Source of the DNA: Azolla caroliniana
Taxonomy: Eukaryota > Plantae > Polypodiophyta
Length of the DNA stretch: 64,000 bases
Assembly (NCBI GenBank): GCA_043228905.1
Contig: JBHGNT010000004.1
Coordinates: forward strand, 1,178,001 to 1,242,000
Reading direction: 5' to 3'
In this document: positions 1 to 14,200 of the stretch, in pieces
Numbering within the stretch: the stretch's first letter is position 1
Layout of the letters: every line of letters begins with the position of its first letter
The notes under the pieces: generated by a model
What the model saw: the letters and a program-made list of their open reading frames with translations, nothing else
Told to the model about the DNA's origin: nothing
Databases searched by the model: none
Position numbers and translations under genes: made by a program

Positions 1-1
1 C

Positions 2-2783
2 TTGTCCATGCTCGACCTAAGTGGTAATAACCTCACTGGCATAGTTCCCCCTTCTTTGGCCAACCTCACAAGCATACAATACTTCTACCTCTACAAAAAC
101 CAACTATCTGGCCCTCTGCCCCAACTCGGACACCTCGATGACCTTATCGACATCGAAATGAGTGGAAACTACTTCAATGGCACCATCCCGGAGAGCTTTG
201 CTACCCTCTCCTCACTTTACAAACTCCATCTTTTCAGCAACCAACTTAGTGGCACTTTGCCCCAAGGGCTTGAGTCCCTACCAAACCTAACAATCTTGGT
301 GCTCTACAACAACTTCTTGTGGGGTGAGATTTCGTCAGAATGGGGACTCCACACCACCGGCCTCAACCAATTCGATGTGGGCAACAATAACTTTTCGGGT
401 CCACTTCCCCCTCATCTTTGTCATAGTGGAACTATTCAATACATCTCCTTCATGAATAATGGGATGAATGGCACAATCCCAGACAACTATGGGTTTGAGT
501 GTGAAAGCTTGCTTCGGTTTCGCGTGGATGGGAATTTTCTCTCGGGGAGTGTGCCGAGCGGATTGTGGACCCGACCCAAAGATACCCTTACTTTGCAAAA
601 CAACATGCTTTCAGGTAACATTAACCTTACAAATTCACAGGGTGCAAGAGGACTGAATGTGTTGTTCATAGACTATAATGAGTTTGAAGGTGAAATTCCC
701 GATGACATCGGAAAATTGTGGAATCTAACCAAATTCACGGCCGCCCACAACAAGCTCTCCGGGGATCTACCATCTCAAATCACTACCTTGACTATTTTGG
801 AGAGCCTCAATTTGTCCTCAAACATGATCTCTGGTGAAATCCCCTCTTCCATTAATGCATTGGAAAGGCTCAACCTCCTAGATCTATCTCATAACAACCT
901 CATAGGTCCAATACCACCTCAATTAGGCCTACTAGAGAACCTAGATCACCTCGATCTATCTTTCAATTCCTTGAATGGAACTTTCCCGGACGCTTTTGTG
1001 AATGAGGCAAGCACCGAACTTACAAATTTTAATGTCTCCTACAATAACTTATCGGGGATTGCTCCAAAACAATTGGTAGATACGTTCCCGGGTAGTTTCA
1101 ATGGAAATCCATTGCTTTGTTATATGTCTTTGTGTTATACAACCTCAGTGGGTACAAACAAGGATAACAAGGGCCAAAATCGATTAAAGGTTATTTTAGC
1201 TGTGGTGTTGATTTCCATTGGTGCTTTGGTATTGTGTGGAGCTATTGCAAGGTTCTTATGTGCTAAGAGAAGGTTTAAAAAGATAAAGCCAATAGATTGG
1301 AAGGTGATGCCTTTCCAAAGGTTAGATTTCAATGAAGCCAAAATACCGGAGAGGCTAGATGAAGAAAATGTGATTGGGTCAGGAGGAAGTGGAAAAGTGT
1401 ACAAAGTAAGCTTCCCACAATGCGACACCATAGTGGCTGTGAAGAAAATCATGTGTCGAGCTCCATTTGTAAAGGAAAGTAACAAGTTTGTTGCATTCGC
1501 GACCGAGATGAACATTTTAGGGAATATCAAGCACAAGAATGTTGTGAAGTTGTTGTGTTGTTGTGTGAGTGATGAGACCAAGCTCCTAGTCTATGAATAC
1601 ATGCCACGTGGAAGTCTGGGAGATATTCTTCACAAGAGATTTGCGACCGAGCTCACGAATTGGGAGACAAGGTGCCGCATCGCAATGGGAACGGCCAAAG
1701 CACTCTCATACCTTCACCATGATTGTAGACCTTCTATATTGCATCGAGACATCAAGAGCAACAACATCCTTATAAGTTGGGATTTTGAACCTAAGCTCGC
1801 CGACTTTGGGGTGGCAAAGACGATGGATTTGAATTCCAATGCTAAGCTAAGGTATTTGACAAGAGTTGTTGGTTCAGTTGGTTACATTGCTCCAGGTAAT
1901 TTCATTACAACTATTTTCTTCAAGAGCATATTCATACCTATATCATCTAGATAGTGAATGTCTCAACATAAAGTTTAGCTCATGCTAACTCCTATATTTT
2001 TCGAGGTCTGAGAAAGTCTACAAATTTCTCCACGCAAATGGACACACTTAAGAGATGAGTGCATTGGGCGTTCTGGGTGTGTTTCCATCACATGTTTAGC
2101 CATCATAAATTGGGTTACTTTTAGAAATTAGTTGTCGTATAAACTTGCAAATTTACTAATAGTGTCTTAAAATGTAATGGCAAGTCTCATGTTAAATGTT
2201 GTAGCTAAAGATTACCATTAACCTAACATGAAATGGCAGTGTTCTCAACCCTTAGCTTCCCAAAAGGGATTTCTAAAGCCATATGTCTATGAACAAATTA
2301 TTAGTCTATTTAATCTTAAACTTAAGTAGTTATATTTTTCTTTATGAAGTTGCAACAATTATTAAACATGAGTTAGTTTTGAATGTAGAGTATGCACATA
2401 CATTCAAGGTGGACGAGAAGAGTGATGTGTATAGCTATGGAGTGGTACTACTAGAGTTGTTAACAGGAAGGAGAGCAACATTCAATAATGAAGCAACATT
2501 AGATGATGAAGACAATATGGATATACATAAAATGACTTACAACGATAAAGAACATTTGGATCTTGTGAGATGGGTGAAAAGGATGGTACAAAGAAAGGAG
2601 GATGCGTGGAAGGTGATGGATACAAGGATAGAGGTAATCGAAGAACATAAAGGAAACATGGTGTCCATATTGAAGATTGCTTTGCTATGTACGAATACTC
2701 TTCCTCAACAACGCCCGTCCATGAGGGAGGTGGTGGAACTTCTCAATAATGCAACCCAAAAGCAAGGACAAAGAAGATTGTGA
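2..2783 (+). CDS. LRR receptor-like Ser/Thr kinase, LRR-XI type (HSL1/HAESA/RLK7/CEPR-like); 5' end lies outside the window; exons <2-1895 and 2389-2783
   Basis: Plant LRR repeats (LxLSxNxLSGxIP), GNPLLC cap, TM helix (VILAVVLISIGALVLCGAIA), juxtamembrane WKVMPFQRLDFNE, and kinase motifs GSGGSGKVYK, VAVKK, HRDIKSNN and DFG. The conserved intron splits GYIAP/E: donor GT at 1896, acceptor AG at 2387-2388, rejoining to EYAHTFKVDEKSDVYSYG; TGA ends at 2783. Confidence 0.93.
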
Positions 2784-3339
2784 AGAACTAGAATAGTTCT
2801 TGCATGCAATAATTTTTGGATTTGAGTCCTGACCAAGTAGATGTTATTTGGTTGTCCAAGAAAATATTCTGACACTAGGATACAAATCCTTCCGTTGTGT
2901 TCTCTATGATCTATGAATACACAAACACAAAATTTGCCTCTTTCCCTCAATATATATGGGATTAATCTCTTGTTTGTTGTTTCTCTCCCTATCACTAAAC
3001 CTAATGGTTACTACAATAATGGAATACAACTCTTGCTAGGTCACAACATAGAAAAGCTCCCCCAAAATCCATACAAATGGTTAATCAATCTCTTACGCAA
3101 TTAATGGAGAAATAATAAGCCTTGCAACAAGATTTATTATTGGTGGGGTTAGAATGGGTTACACAACTTGTAATACCTCTATGTTATGCTAGAAGCTTGT
3201 ATTGTACTTTACCATTCCTTGGGCCTCCTTGGTTTCTCGACCTTTTCTTAGACCTTGGTTATAGGAACTTCAAAATCTATTCTTGCCATGAGATGTGAAT
3301 CGTGATGGAAAGGAGACCACTTGTTTTGCATCTATTGTA

Positions 3340-4080
3340 GTGTGCCTTCAATTTATTAATGCAAGTACGATTGATTCGTGTGTGGTCAATCCTTGGTCTA
3401 CTTTGATCACTTATCTTCACTTGCATGCCACACTTTGATTGAGATCACATTTCTTTGTGCGGTGATGTCTTCCTTGGTTCATAATGCTTGCTCTTTTGTT
3501 ATGGTGTGCTCTTACTCGAGACAATTCCACATGGTACCCAATTCCTTGCTTTAAGTGTAAAACAAAGCTTGTGCCCTCATGTTTAGCTTGGACCAACAAG
3601 TTCTTCCTCTTCATATATTTTCCATCCCTTGCTATGTGGTGAGGTTTTAGCACTTGCACCCCATTCTTTTGAATAAAAGGAATCTTTTTGGAACCGTGTA
3701 TGAATGAGTGTTTGCAATCTTTTTGAATAAAATTCTAAAGCCCCATGGAGCTCTCCACACCCAAGAATTTTACTAATGAATATTGCAATTGAGATTGCAC
3801 TTTGAATGTGATTGATCGTAGGGACACAATGTTGTAGCTCATGATACTCAAACTCATGATAAGATCTTCACTAATGTAATAGTACTCCTGTATTATCTTG
3901 TCATAAGATCCTCACTACTTTTATTGAGAGAGAGAAGGGGGGTTCCAAAATAAATTCTTATTGTGAATGGAATTAAGCAATTTGCATGAAGAGGGTATGA
4001 ATACATTCTTTTCATTAGCGACAAAATAGGAGAGCTTTTCGTAACCTTCGGCTTTCTAAGCTTCATAAGCCACATGAAGT
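3340..4080 (-). mobile_element. Heavily degraded retrotransposon gag-like relic
   Basis: Broken minus-strand frames give gag-like pieces (KLSYF..NEK, HSFIHG, VQVLKP..IAR and a possible zinc-knuckle remnant). There are many stops and frameshifts and no LTR is visible. Confidence 0.3.
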
Positions 4081-4308
4081 GCTCTAATTTGTGGTGTTAT
4101 ACTACATACATACACCATATTGTACACCTCCCCACATAAAATTCATCTACTATCTAGTGTCCTATTACACATACAACAAGGAGATTGAGCACCACCCTAA
4201 AAGAAACACCATACCATACATATTGTCATTTCATATATACACAAACTGCTTTCATGGGCCCCATTTGTAAGCCCATTCCCATCCATCTCCTTCTGAGCTA
4301 TCACAAAT

Positions 4309-7257
4309 TCATTCAAATTCCTCTTTTGCCACGTTTCTCGCTAGTTTCAATTTGTTCTGCAAACATATAATAATCAAACTTCAACAAAAGCATACTCAAC
4401 ACTTTTGATTAAAATGTGTTTTATGCAAATGTAAATGCATATATAGACATACATACAAACATTCTCCATACATGCATATACATAGACACAATGGACATCA
4501 CACATTTAGATCATACATATGCATACACACACACACACATCATATGTATGCATGCACACATATATATACACACGTAGACATACAAATATATATATATATA
4601 CTATACAAATATATATATATAGAGAGAGAGAGAGATAGACAAATAGACATCACACATTTAGATCATACATATGCATACACGCATACACACATCATATGTA
4701 TGCATGCACACATATATACACACGTAGATATTACACACACACACACAGATATATATATATATATATATACTATACAAATATATATAGAGAGAGAGAAAGA
4801 TAGATATAGACATACATACACATACATATACAGATATATAAATCATATACATACATAAGACATCCATATACATTCATACACTACATATATAATATAATTT
4901 ACTAAAAAAGAAAAAAGCTTACCCATTCCTCAAGAATGTCCCCTTCCCCAACAATTTTAGTGGGTCCTTTGTACTCATACATAGACTTCTTTCCAGCCTC
5001 AATAGCCGCATCCGCTTCCGCAACTCTTTGCTTTAGTTTCTCGAGTTCCTAAAGTAACAAGGATAAGCTCTCAAGATGTTTACTTCAACTCCCCTTCTTA
5101 CATGGTAGAAATCGCATAGAAGTTACATAAAGAGCACATAAGGCCGAAGCATTGGAAAATACCGGTGTTGGTTGCTTGGGGTCTAAAAAATGAACCTTAA
5201 GAATTTGCTCTACAGTAACAAGGTCTTTTCTCTCATCAAACTGCAAACAAGATAATGACAGGCATGAGATGTGAAATCCTCACTCGGTACATTCAAATAT
5301 ATGTGTCAACAAAAGAGCATGCAATAAGAAAAAACATGTAAAAGAGGACATACAATTTCAGGACTATATTCAAGCCCCTGAGGTATCTTCATGCTAAGGA
5401 TCTTAAATTTGTCTCGAGCTTGATCCCCATGAGCTCGCTCACGTTGATGAATATGTTTCACAACTGCAAGTATGAAAAGAATCAGATGCCAAATATGAGA
5501 GTATAAAAAGGAATCATTTGCCATCTTGCTAAGCCTTTGGTCATTGAAAATCCAAAGGATTCTAAAGAGTCTACCAAATGCCTAAAGATCCCTCAGATAT
5601 CCTTACACATATATTAGCATCAATACCATGTTACCAAAAAGAGAACCTTACCTATAGCAACAATCGATTCTCCGGGTGCCAGAACACCGTTAGGAGGACG
5701 CATGAAACAACTTTTGGGCGCTGTGGTTTGAAACTGAAATTACCGGTTTGATTCATCAGAAAGTAGAAATCAAAAATTTTGCAAATCATTTTCAATGCTT
5801 TGCCCAAGTACATATTAGTCAAATTAGCTATATATCGTAAGTATAAATAACCTACTTTGAATGCGATTGGGCATCGGCACACATTCTTGATTCGGACAGC
5901 ACTTGTTGCTTGTTTCCCAGGTTCGTCTGGCATAATTCATATATATGTAGAAAAAAGAAACTCTTTTGAGTATTATTGTCTGGTAAGAATCCTAGAAAGA
6001 AATTCATCTAAATATACAGGCATATAAAGGCATCTTCGTATGCATATGGTTATTAAGAGGAAGAAATCCAGCTCTTCCTATTCTTGAATTTATTCTAGGT
6101 ATGTGAAACATATAGCACATCCTTAAATTAACATCCATAACCACATCTGCATCCACATCCATATAAGTGAATCACATAACATACACATTTACATCCATAT
6201 AGGAGAAGAACATATCGTCCATCAGATGCTCACATACACATAAACGCATTGATCATCCACACCCACATCCAAATCCACGTTTAAAATCCACAAAGGCAAA
6301 CCAATCGATCAGTCATTCACATCAGTGAATCCAAATAGACAAAACAACATACATTCATCACATCCATATCTACATCTACATCCTCAATCACATAAGAACT
6401 GCATATAAACATCCATGTATCCACATCCACATCAGTGAATCACATAACACATCCAATCTACATCCACATATCAGGATATGGTTGAGGATATCGATGTGAT
6501 TTTATAATCTGGATTGGATTTGTTATGTGATTCACATCCCATCTAAATCCACATCAGGATATGGTTGAGGATATCAATGTGATTTTAAAATGTGGATTGG
6601 ATTTGTTATGTGATTCATATCCACATCTACATTGGTGAATTACATACATATCCAATCTACATTATGTGATTCCATAGACATCCATATCCTGTGAATCATA
6701 CACATATCCAATCCTGCATCCGCATCTCTGGCAAATCACATGCATACGACATCCACATAGACATATAAAATCACATCTAGATACACATCCATCTAATCCA
6801 TCCAGACATAGCCATGCTTATCTGCAGATACACACACATTGGATAAATGGATGTGGACCTCAAGTAAGGGAGTTCAATACTCACAAGGAAAATAGAGCTT
6901 CTTATCTGGAGTGAAACTGAGCTGACGCCGTCTCAGAAGAGCTTTTGTAACCATTTTAATGAAAGGATCTTCATCACCACTTTCCATGAGAGCATGATGA
7001 TGAGTGAGATTTCCATTAGATTTATGCAGACGAGTTGCATTATTAGCAGCATTCGCCTTCTGAAAACTATGGTTTTGATGATAATTAATAGTCGGCCGAA
7101 GAAGATACTGCGGATGATTATGTGGGCTTTCTAGTTCCGATGATGAGTGAGGAAGAAATGGTCTATGAAAAACTTGATCTCCCCAGAGCTTTCTACATAG
7201 ATTCCACCCTTTTCCAACATTTTCGTTACTTATCACACCATTCTCCCCCGTATCCAT
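4309..7257 (-). CDS. Vesicle-associated protein 4-type MSP-domain protein (VAP4/MAMI-like, no TM anchor); 7 predicted exons
   Basis: Exons read on the minus strand: MDTGENG...LLRRRQLSFTPDKKLYFP (7257-6885), YEPGKQATSAVRIKNVCRCPIAFK (from 5926), FQTTAPKSCFMRPPNGVLAPGESIVA, VVKH...DKFKILSMK...YSPEI, FDERKDLVTVEQILKVHFLDP, ELEKLKQRVAEADAAIEA...GEGDILEEW, and a last exon NKLKLARNVAKEEFE* (4356-4309). GT-AG junctions were in phase where checked. Confidence 0.88.
4440..4900. repeat. (AT)n/(AC)n/(AG)n compound microsatellite with a ~150-bp tandem duplication, in the last intron of the VAP gene
   Basis: gacatcacacatttagatcatacatatgcatacac occurs at ~4495 and ~4647, each followed by similar AT/AG tracts. 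Confidence 0.85.
6130..6850. repeat. Degenerate (ATCCAC/ACATCC)-rich intronic repeat with a duplicated inverted ~70-bp block
   Basis: caggatatggttgaggatatc..tggattggatttgttatgtgattca occurs at ~6472 and ~6555; part of it is the reverse complement of flanking units. Confidence 0.7.
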
Positions 7258-7939
7258 AAATGCAAACCCCACTAAGTTGAAGCTATTTCCAGATCAATCC
7301 AAATGCATTTGTAGTTGAAAATAGAAGCTATTTCTTTGTTTTTTTGGGCGGAAATTTCAGATCAAAGAAAGGACTGAAAATCGTAATCAGAGAGAGCTTG
7401 TGAGGGATGGGTGATTTTAGGAAGAAATGATGAAATAGGGAAATGGGGCGATGAAGTGGGCGATGGTGATTGACGAAGAAGAGAGGGGGAAACGAAAGAA
7501 ATGGGCGACGGTGACTGGCGAAGAACAGGGGGAGGGGGGGGGGGGGGGGGGGAGAAATGGGCGATGGCGATGGCGATGGCGATGGCGATTGATGAAGAAG
7601 AGAGGAAAAAGAAGAGATGGGCGATGGTGGTTTTTAAACGGGAACGACAGAGGAAACAGAAGGATTTTCAGGGAAAGCTTTTTGATGATTTGTTAATTCA
7701 TTTGGTGTGAGGTTAGGCCATGTTCTGAAGCATTAACAACACAGAGAACAAAAAGAGAGGGGAAGAGAAAAAGAGAAAAAGAGAAAGAGAAAGAGAAAGA
7801 GAAAGAATGTGGTGAAGGTAGGTAGCTAGACAATAGGCTTTTGAGCTGTGCCCACAAGCCATGGAGTTTAAGTTTAAATAAAACACAGACTAAAAGACTT
7901 ATGTATTTATTTCTGCACATATATTCTTCTCTTGTCTCC

Positions 7940-8150
7940 CATGGGATGGGATGGATCCTCGGGATGGCTCATGGTGTCATGGGTCATGGGATTGGATCCT
8001 GGGATGGCTCATGGTGTCATGGGTCATGGGATTGGATCCTGGGATGGCTCATGGCTCATGTGATGGGATGGATCCTAGGATGGCTCATGGCTCATGGGAT
8101 GGGATTGATCCTTGGATGGGTCATGGGTCACAAGATGGGATAGATTCTAG
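7940..8150. repeat. Minisatellite (gggatggctcatgg..tcatgggattggatcct), ~5 degenerate units of 33-40 bp
   Basis: Directly visible tandem units; it explains the GMAHGS/WILGWLM pseudo-ORFs. Confidence 0.85.
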
Positions 8151-8242
8151 GATTGATCTTGTGGACAGTGCCACAATATTTGGTCGAACGCTATTGTTCC
8201 ATTCCTCTTCACTGATGATGGATGCCCTGCCCCCACCCCCAA

Positions 8243-8245
<3 letters not shown>

Positions 8246-8294
<49 letters not shown>
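8246..8294. repeat. (CT)n microsatellite
   Basis: Perfect dinucleotide run. Confidence 0.95.
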
Positions 8295-8296
<2 letters not shown>

Positions 8297-11200
8297 GTCC
8301 GTGCTTCGAACACTTTGTAAGCAATTCGCTTCACCTGCTATGGGGAGCCCAACTACTGTTTCGGGCATATTCGTTCTATACCCACGTGTCAAACCCATGT
8401 CTCTTCCACGTCCGATTTACTAATAGTACAGAAACTGTTTCATCAGGTGGAGGGAGGCATGTCGTTGTCTAGGATAATATTGTTCTTTACTCATGGATCA
8501 ATCCACCTCTCTTGTCTGTACATGAAATTTATAAGGGAACAATCTCATAGGGTGTAAAGAGGAGGGGGGGGATACAACGTTGTTGCTTGGGAAATTGTTC
8601 TTTTCTAATCAGCCCATGTCACCTCCATGCTTGAAATAGTGAGGAAGTTACAAGAAAATACGATGACAGTATGGGAATGGGAATATTGTACAAAATCCTG
8701 ATATCCCTTCTGCTCCACGTAGTCGAAAAAATGACCTATGTTTCTAGTATAATGAGGACAACTATTTTTCTTAGAGAATGAGGCACCATTTTCTTGAACA
8801 CCTCGAGTGCAATCATGCTATCAACTCCACTTGGGCAAGTCAAGGGCCATGTATAACTATCCTTTTGTTATCTTTTTTCCATCAACATGCAAATATTTCT
8901 CAATGAGCAAACCACTTGGGTTAGCGAACCTCATCTAAAGGCCACACGACTATTTATCCACTTTCTAGCTTTTCGTGAAATTGCAATCATTTCTCGAAGA
9001 AACTTAATTTTTTGAATCGATAGAAAAATCCCTTACACATGGTCTTTTCGAGACGTCTAGGATCTAAACGGTTTTACTAGATAACATAAATGCTAATCGT
9101 TTCGTCACGTTTAAGAATTTAAAATCTTCTTCTCAATGTTCTCAAAACATAAACATGCCCCCAAAACTCGGAAATTTTAAGTCAAATTTTGTTCTAGATG
9201 TTCAAGAATCCATACCCCCTTTGATCAAACCATAAGGCTTTCGCATATAAGATCTTCAAGGATCTTATTAAAGAAACAACATTTTAATTTCTAAGAAGTC
9301 ATTAGTGCATTCGCCTTGTAAGGTCATTGTAGTATTATTGAAATAATTGTCAACTAAAGTACTTAATCTTGAAGTAGGTAATGTGCTCCAATTGTGTTAT
9401 ATCCATAAAAGAATGATAGAGTTGGAGAAACTTTGTCGGAGTAGGCCACATAAAGCCGTGATTTATGAAGTGCAAGTACTTAACCTTTACATCACCTTTA
9501 TTGCCTCTTGTGCAATTTGTAGGTTTTCTTTGCACGTTGATTTTTGTACGTTGATGAACTTCAAATTTATCCTTACTTTTCAACATGTGATGTATGACAT
9601 AATGCACAAGATAGTTTCATACATACATCGGTTTCACAAGAATCCACAAGAAGAAGGGTGTGAAAGATGCAAATGAGACCAATTGAGTCTTGAGCAAGGG
9701 AAGATGGATTTGGGGCCATGATAAAGGTTTACAGAATCGAGTCATGTTAGCACATGGAAAATGTATGCACCTCTTTATGTAATGTGAGTATTTGTGGTAT
9801 CTTTGTGTGTGTGTGTGTGTGTGTAGGTGTACACGTGTAACATTTGGGAGGAGGTTTATTGACGAGGAGATCTAACATCTACCTCCATGTCTTCTTCAAA
9901 CATTAGTGCATCGTTTTCAATAGATAACGAGGAGATTTACAAATAATTTTTCTAGGATTTGAATCAAAGTTACAGAAAATTTATAATATTTGACCCTTTC
10001 TACATAAGGTGAGACGACATAAGATTAATAAGACAGTAACTACCCATCAAAAACCCCAATACATTGGTACACATATCTTCAAACAATGGAATGTTAAGGT
10101 GGCCATCCACCTTGATCATTCCACGATGCTAATGTGGAATGGTCAAGTTGGTCACCTACTTCAACCATTCCACCTTGAACCTTCTATGGTTTCAAGGTGT
10201 AGAAGTGCACTAGCTCCCCAGGTTTGAGAACCTTTTCCAGACCCCCATGACCAAACCTAGATAGGCCACATCTTATATACATCATGTAAGGGACTTTAGA
10301 CAAACCCCGAACCATAACTATGAAATTCATGCTACATTATTGGAATTCTAAAGTTCAAATATACAACACATGTATAGTGGCCATATGTCGTTGATCCCAT
10401 GCCTAAACTAGGGCATGACAATATTTATACATCACACAAGAGACATTAATGTCAACACTCATGAAACCTATATATTCATTTGGCTACCTTACTGAAATTC
10501 TCAGTTCCGATTGTATGTAGAGGTAAGGTGTGGACTTTGCAACAATAAGATTGTTGATTCACATTTTGGGTAATGGCCCATGGGTTTGTTCTTGTCTTTG
10601 CTATAAAAACTCTTTGTTATTGTTGTTCTGAGACTATGGATACAACTAGTCTTCTCCAAAAATGTCTTTACGCCATGGACAATAATACTTTTTCCGCAAC
10701 TCTTAGTCTGCCACTAATCTATTGTGTTTACAACATTCACATTGAAATTTTCTCCACAACACAATTAACGAAAATGATATGATTGCTCTCTAAAAGAGGA
10801 TTAACAAAACATCTTTGATGCCTATTTATTGCCAAAAGCCCTTACAATCACTCGTTTTTAGCATTGTCTTTTAAAAAACATGTAATCGTTTCCACTTCTG
10901 TTGGAGAAAAAGGGTAAACCATTTTTTAGGAGCAAATTGTTTATCTGTGTTATCCTTATCTAATATTTTAAAGAGTTCTCTCCTAAACACGAAGGTCAAG
11001 AGATTAACTAGCAACCTTCAAGAGCAGAAGCTCTCCATGTTTATATCTTTGAATTCTAGAATTTAGAAAGAAATGTAGTGCACCTATAAGTGTTACTTTA
11101 AATTTATGTATAAAGCTTTTTTAATGGCAACTCCTTCATATTGTCTCTTACCATGCCATGTCTTGTTATTTCTCTGTCTTCTTTCTTCAAACCATAACAC

Positions 11201-14200
11201 AATTTCATTCATCATGTACCCCTATCTCAATTCAGTCCTTAACACACAATTAGTAAAATTCTCTTAAATATTTAATGTGAAAGATCCATCTCTCTAAACA
11301 TATGAATGCATGCATACCACAACCATATTCATAGAAATATTCCAACTTGGCTCATCTATCACTTTTGGCAATCCATTCTAGCCTTGAGAAAGGTAAACCC
11401 CTTTCATTCTATTTATAAATTTTGGTGAAGGGAATCCCTATCAAGATATACCAAGCATGCATGATGATCATTATCATATATCTAAATGAGCTGATACAAT
11501 GCATAGTTCCTCAAATAATTGGGCAATAGAGTGACTCCCTCTTTTTAGACTTTGCGAAAAACATGAATTCATCCTAAATCTAATGAGAGACCTTGTTATC
11601 ACACTCTCATAACTCCATGCACACACCCAAAGTTGACTCCTCTAAACAAAAACACCTCATGAATGTATTAAGTGCAAAAATAATCAAAACCAACATATAA
11701 ACTTAGAGTGAAAACGCAAACCAATCCATATAACCAATCAAAATAGGTAGGAGGTGCATAAACCAAGTGGAATACATTGTAGGGTGTAGGCAATCCCGAG
11801 GTCAATTTAGTCTACAAGCAATATCTCTCGTTGAGCTTTTACATTCTACATAAATATTGCTCCTTAGGTCCACCTTGTAAGGATGACCCTAACTACAAAC
11901 TAGGTAGATGGGCTAACCAATATCCTTTTGTGTACTCGATAAACCACGTACTCACACCTTTCTTTTATATCTCACCCTTGAAGTTATGCCATATATCCCA
12001 TTATGACTAAGGCCATTCTAGTGGAATCATGAGTCCCCACTCTATTTGGTCATCAATAACTTCAACATTGATTACATGAGGAGTATATAAAATCACAACT
12101 AACTTCTATACAAGCATTTGTGTTAGTGCCTCCTAATATGTCCGATTCTCTCGAAAAATTCTTGATAAAACATCTCAAAGTCATGTAGCATGGGGCAATT
12201 TATCTCTAACAAATGTGCAAATGCTTAAAATGCAATGCTTGATAATATTGCACAAATAATTCACTCACAAAAATGGACCAAGAGGGGTTGTTTGATAAAT
12301 GTATATATGCATTTGTTTTAGTGACACATGATATGTGTTATTCTCTCAAAAGGTTCTTGGTGAAACACCTCGAAGTCACGTAGAATGAGGCAATTCTTCT
12401 TGAGCAAATATGTAAACGATGAAAATGCAATGCCTGATACTATTGCACCAATGCTTCAGCCACAAAACTAGCACAGGAGGCTTTGCTTGGATAACGATCT
12501 AGTTGTGTTTATATGAATAAGTTAACTTGATTGCTAGCAAAAATGTACATATGTCATCAAAAGTTTGTGGCATGCCCATCTTTTTCTTCTTGTGATGCAT
12601 AATTGTTGTAATCTCATGATTGATCATCACTATCAACAATTGTTGAGCTTGCCATTTCAGATAATCTATGGTTGGATAAAGGGAGCTTGAGTTTGCCTAA
12701 AAGACCATCTTAGGTCGGTCTATGGAGTGGATGAAATCAATTCGATGGTGGTTAGGCAAGACTAAAATGAGGAATATTGCCAAAGTGTTATGAACCAAGC
12801 ACAAAAATGAACTTTTGCAATAAATGGTTTTGTCTATAATGCATTTCCTACGATTTCATAGAGAACTCAACATAACATCCATTACTCACACTACTCCTAT
12901 CCTTTTCTTACACTTGCATGTCATGCATTTAGATTTGTTTTCATGTAATGTTTTTGTTCATTTTTTGGATAATTTGAGAACATTGATGATTGTCTACAAT
13001 TATGGCCTCCATGATATTTTAATATTTCTTTCTTCTCTCTTGTTCAATAGGGTTGTAGATCACAAAATCCACGAACTTCTATAAAGTTATTTATGAACAG
13101 ACACAAGCTACGTCGTTTTTATCTACATGAAATATTCTTTCACTTCTTCTCTCTTAGTTGGAGAGAAAAAAATGATATGACTTCGTCTTGTAAGATAGTT
13201 GCATTAGTCCCATTTTCTCAAATTTAAGCATGGGTCATGTCCTACCCTAACCTAAGCACTCACTCAACGTAAGCATGGTATCGACTTGTATGTAATGTAA
13301 TTCGTTTGGTAAATAAAAGAAAACTAATATCTCCCAACAAAAAACAAATGTCACATCAATTACTTTCTGTGCAAAGGCACATGTGTTCTAAGTGGCATAT
13401 GACTTATGAAATCATTTTTTAACTTTATGAATTTATCTTAGTAAGTTAGAATTATGTTTGCACATGTACTCTAGTTAAAAGTTTTGATATATTACTTATA
13501 TAATCACTTTTTGCCACACATGATGAGCTCTTTTAGCAAAAATGGATACTCATGTTGCCAAAAGAAAGATAGACATGTCGATTTGTCAATCTCTCAAACA
13601 ACATGAGAACATGATTTGTGTATAATATTGTACTACGACAATCTAACGTGCCCACATTAAAGAGCTTCTTAATGATGATGAAATGTGATCTTTTATGCTT
13701 GCGCAAATATGTTAAAGAAAATTGAAGGTTTATATAAGCAAAGAGACCTCGTAACCACCTTCTCTCACGTTGTTGACTTTTGTAACACTTGTTTTAACTA
13801 TTACTTTAATATAATTTTTAAACTTGATTCCACAATTTTACTATAACTTTTTTTAGTTTGGAATCGAACTATAATGACGGACAATAAAGAATGAAGCCAA
13901 AAGTTAAGATCACTATAGAATCTAAAATTTCAGTAGTTTTGAAATGTTTACTTTGTTTAGCTTTCGCTAAGGTGCATCCTCAAATAACATGATATATTTG
14001 TGGCATACTTATCATCATACAAAAGATGTAAAGAGGAAGCTACCTTTCTATATTACATGACTAACTTTGTTATGCAATAAAAGTGTATATAATGCTTGCT
14101 CACATGAGGTCCTTGATGTGCATGTGGATGGGATACAAATCTTTACATAGTTTAAGTAAAAGCATAGTCAATAACCTACATTTCTTACATTAGTTTAAAT

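Noticed and set aside
4472-8472. Short His/Tyr-, Arg/Glu- and Trp/Gly-rich ORFs
   Set aside because: They are translations of microsatellites and minisatellites.
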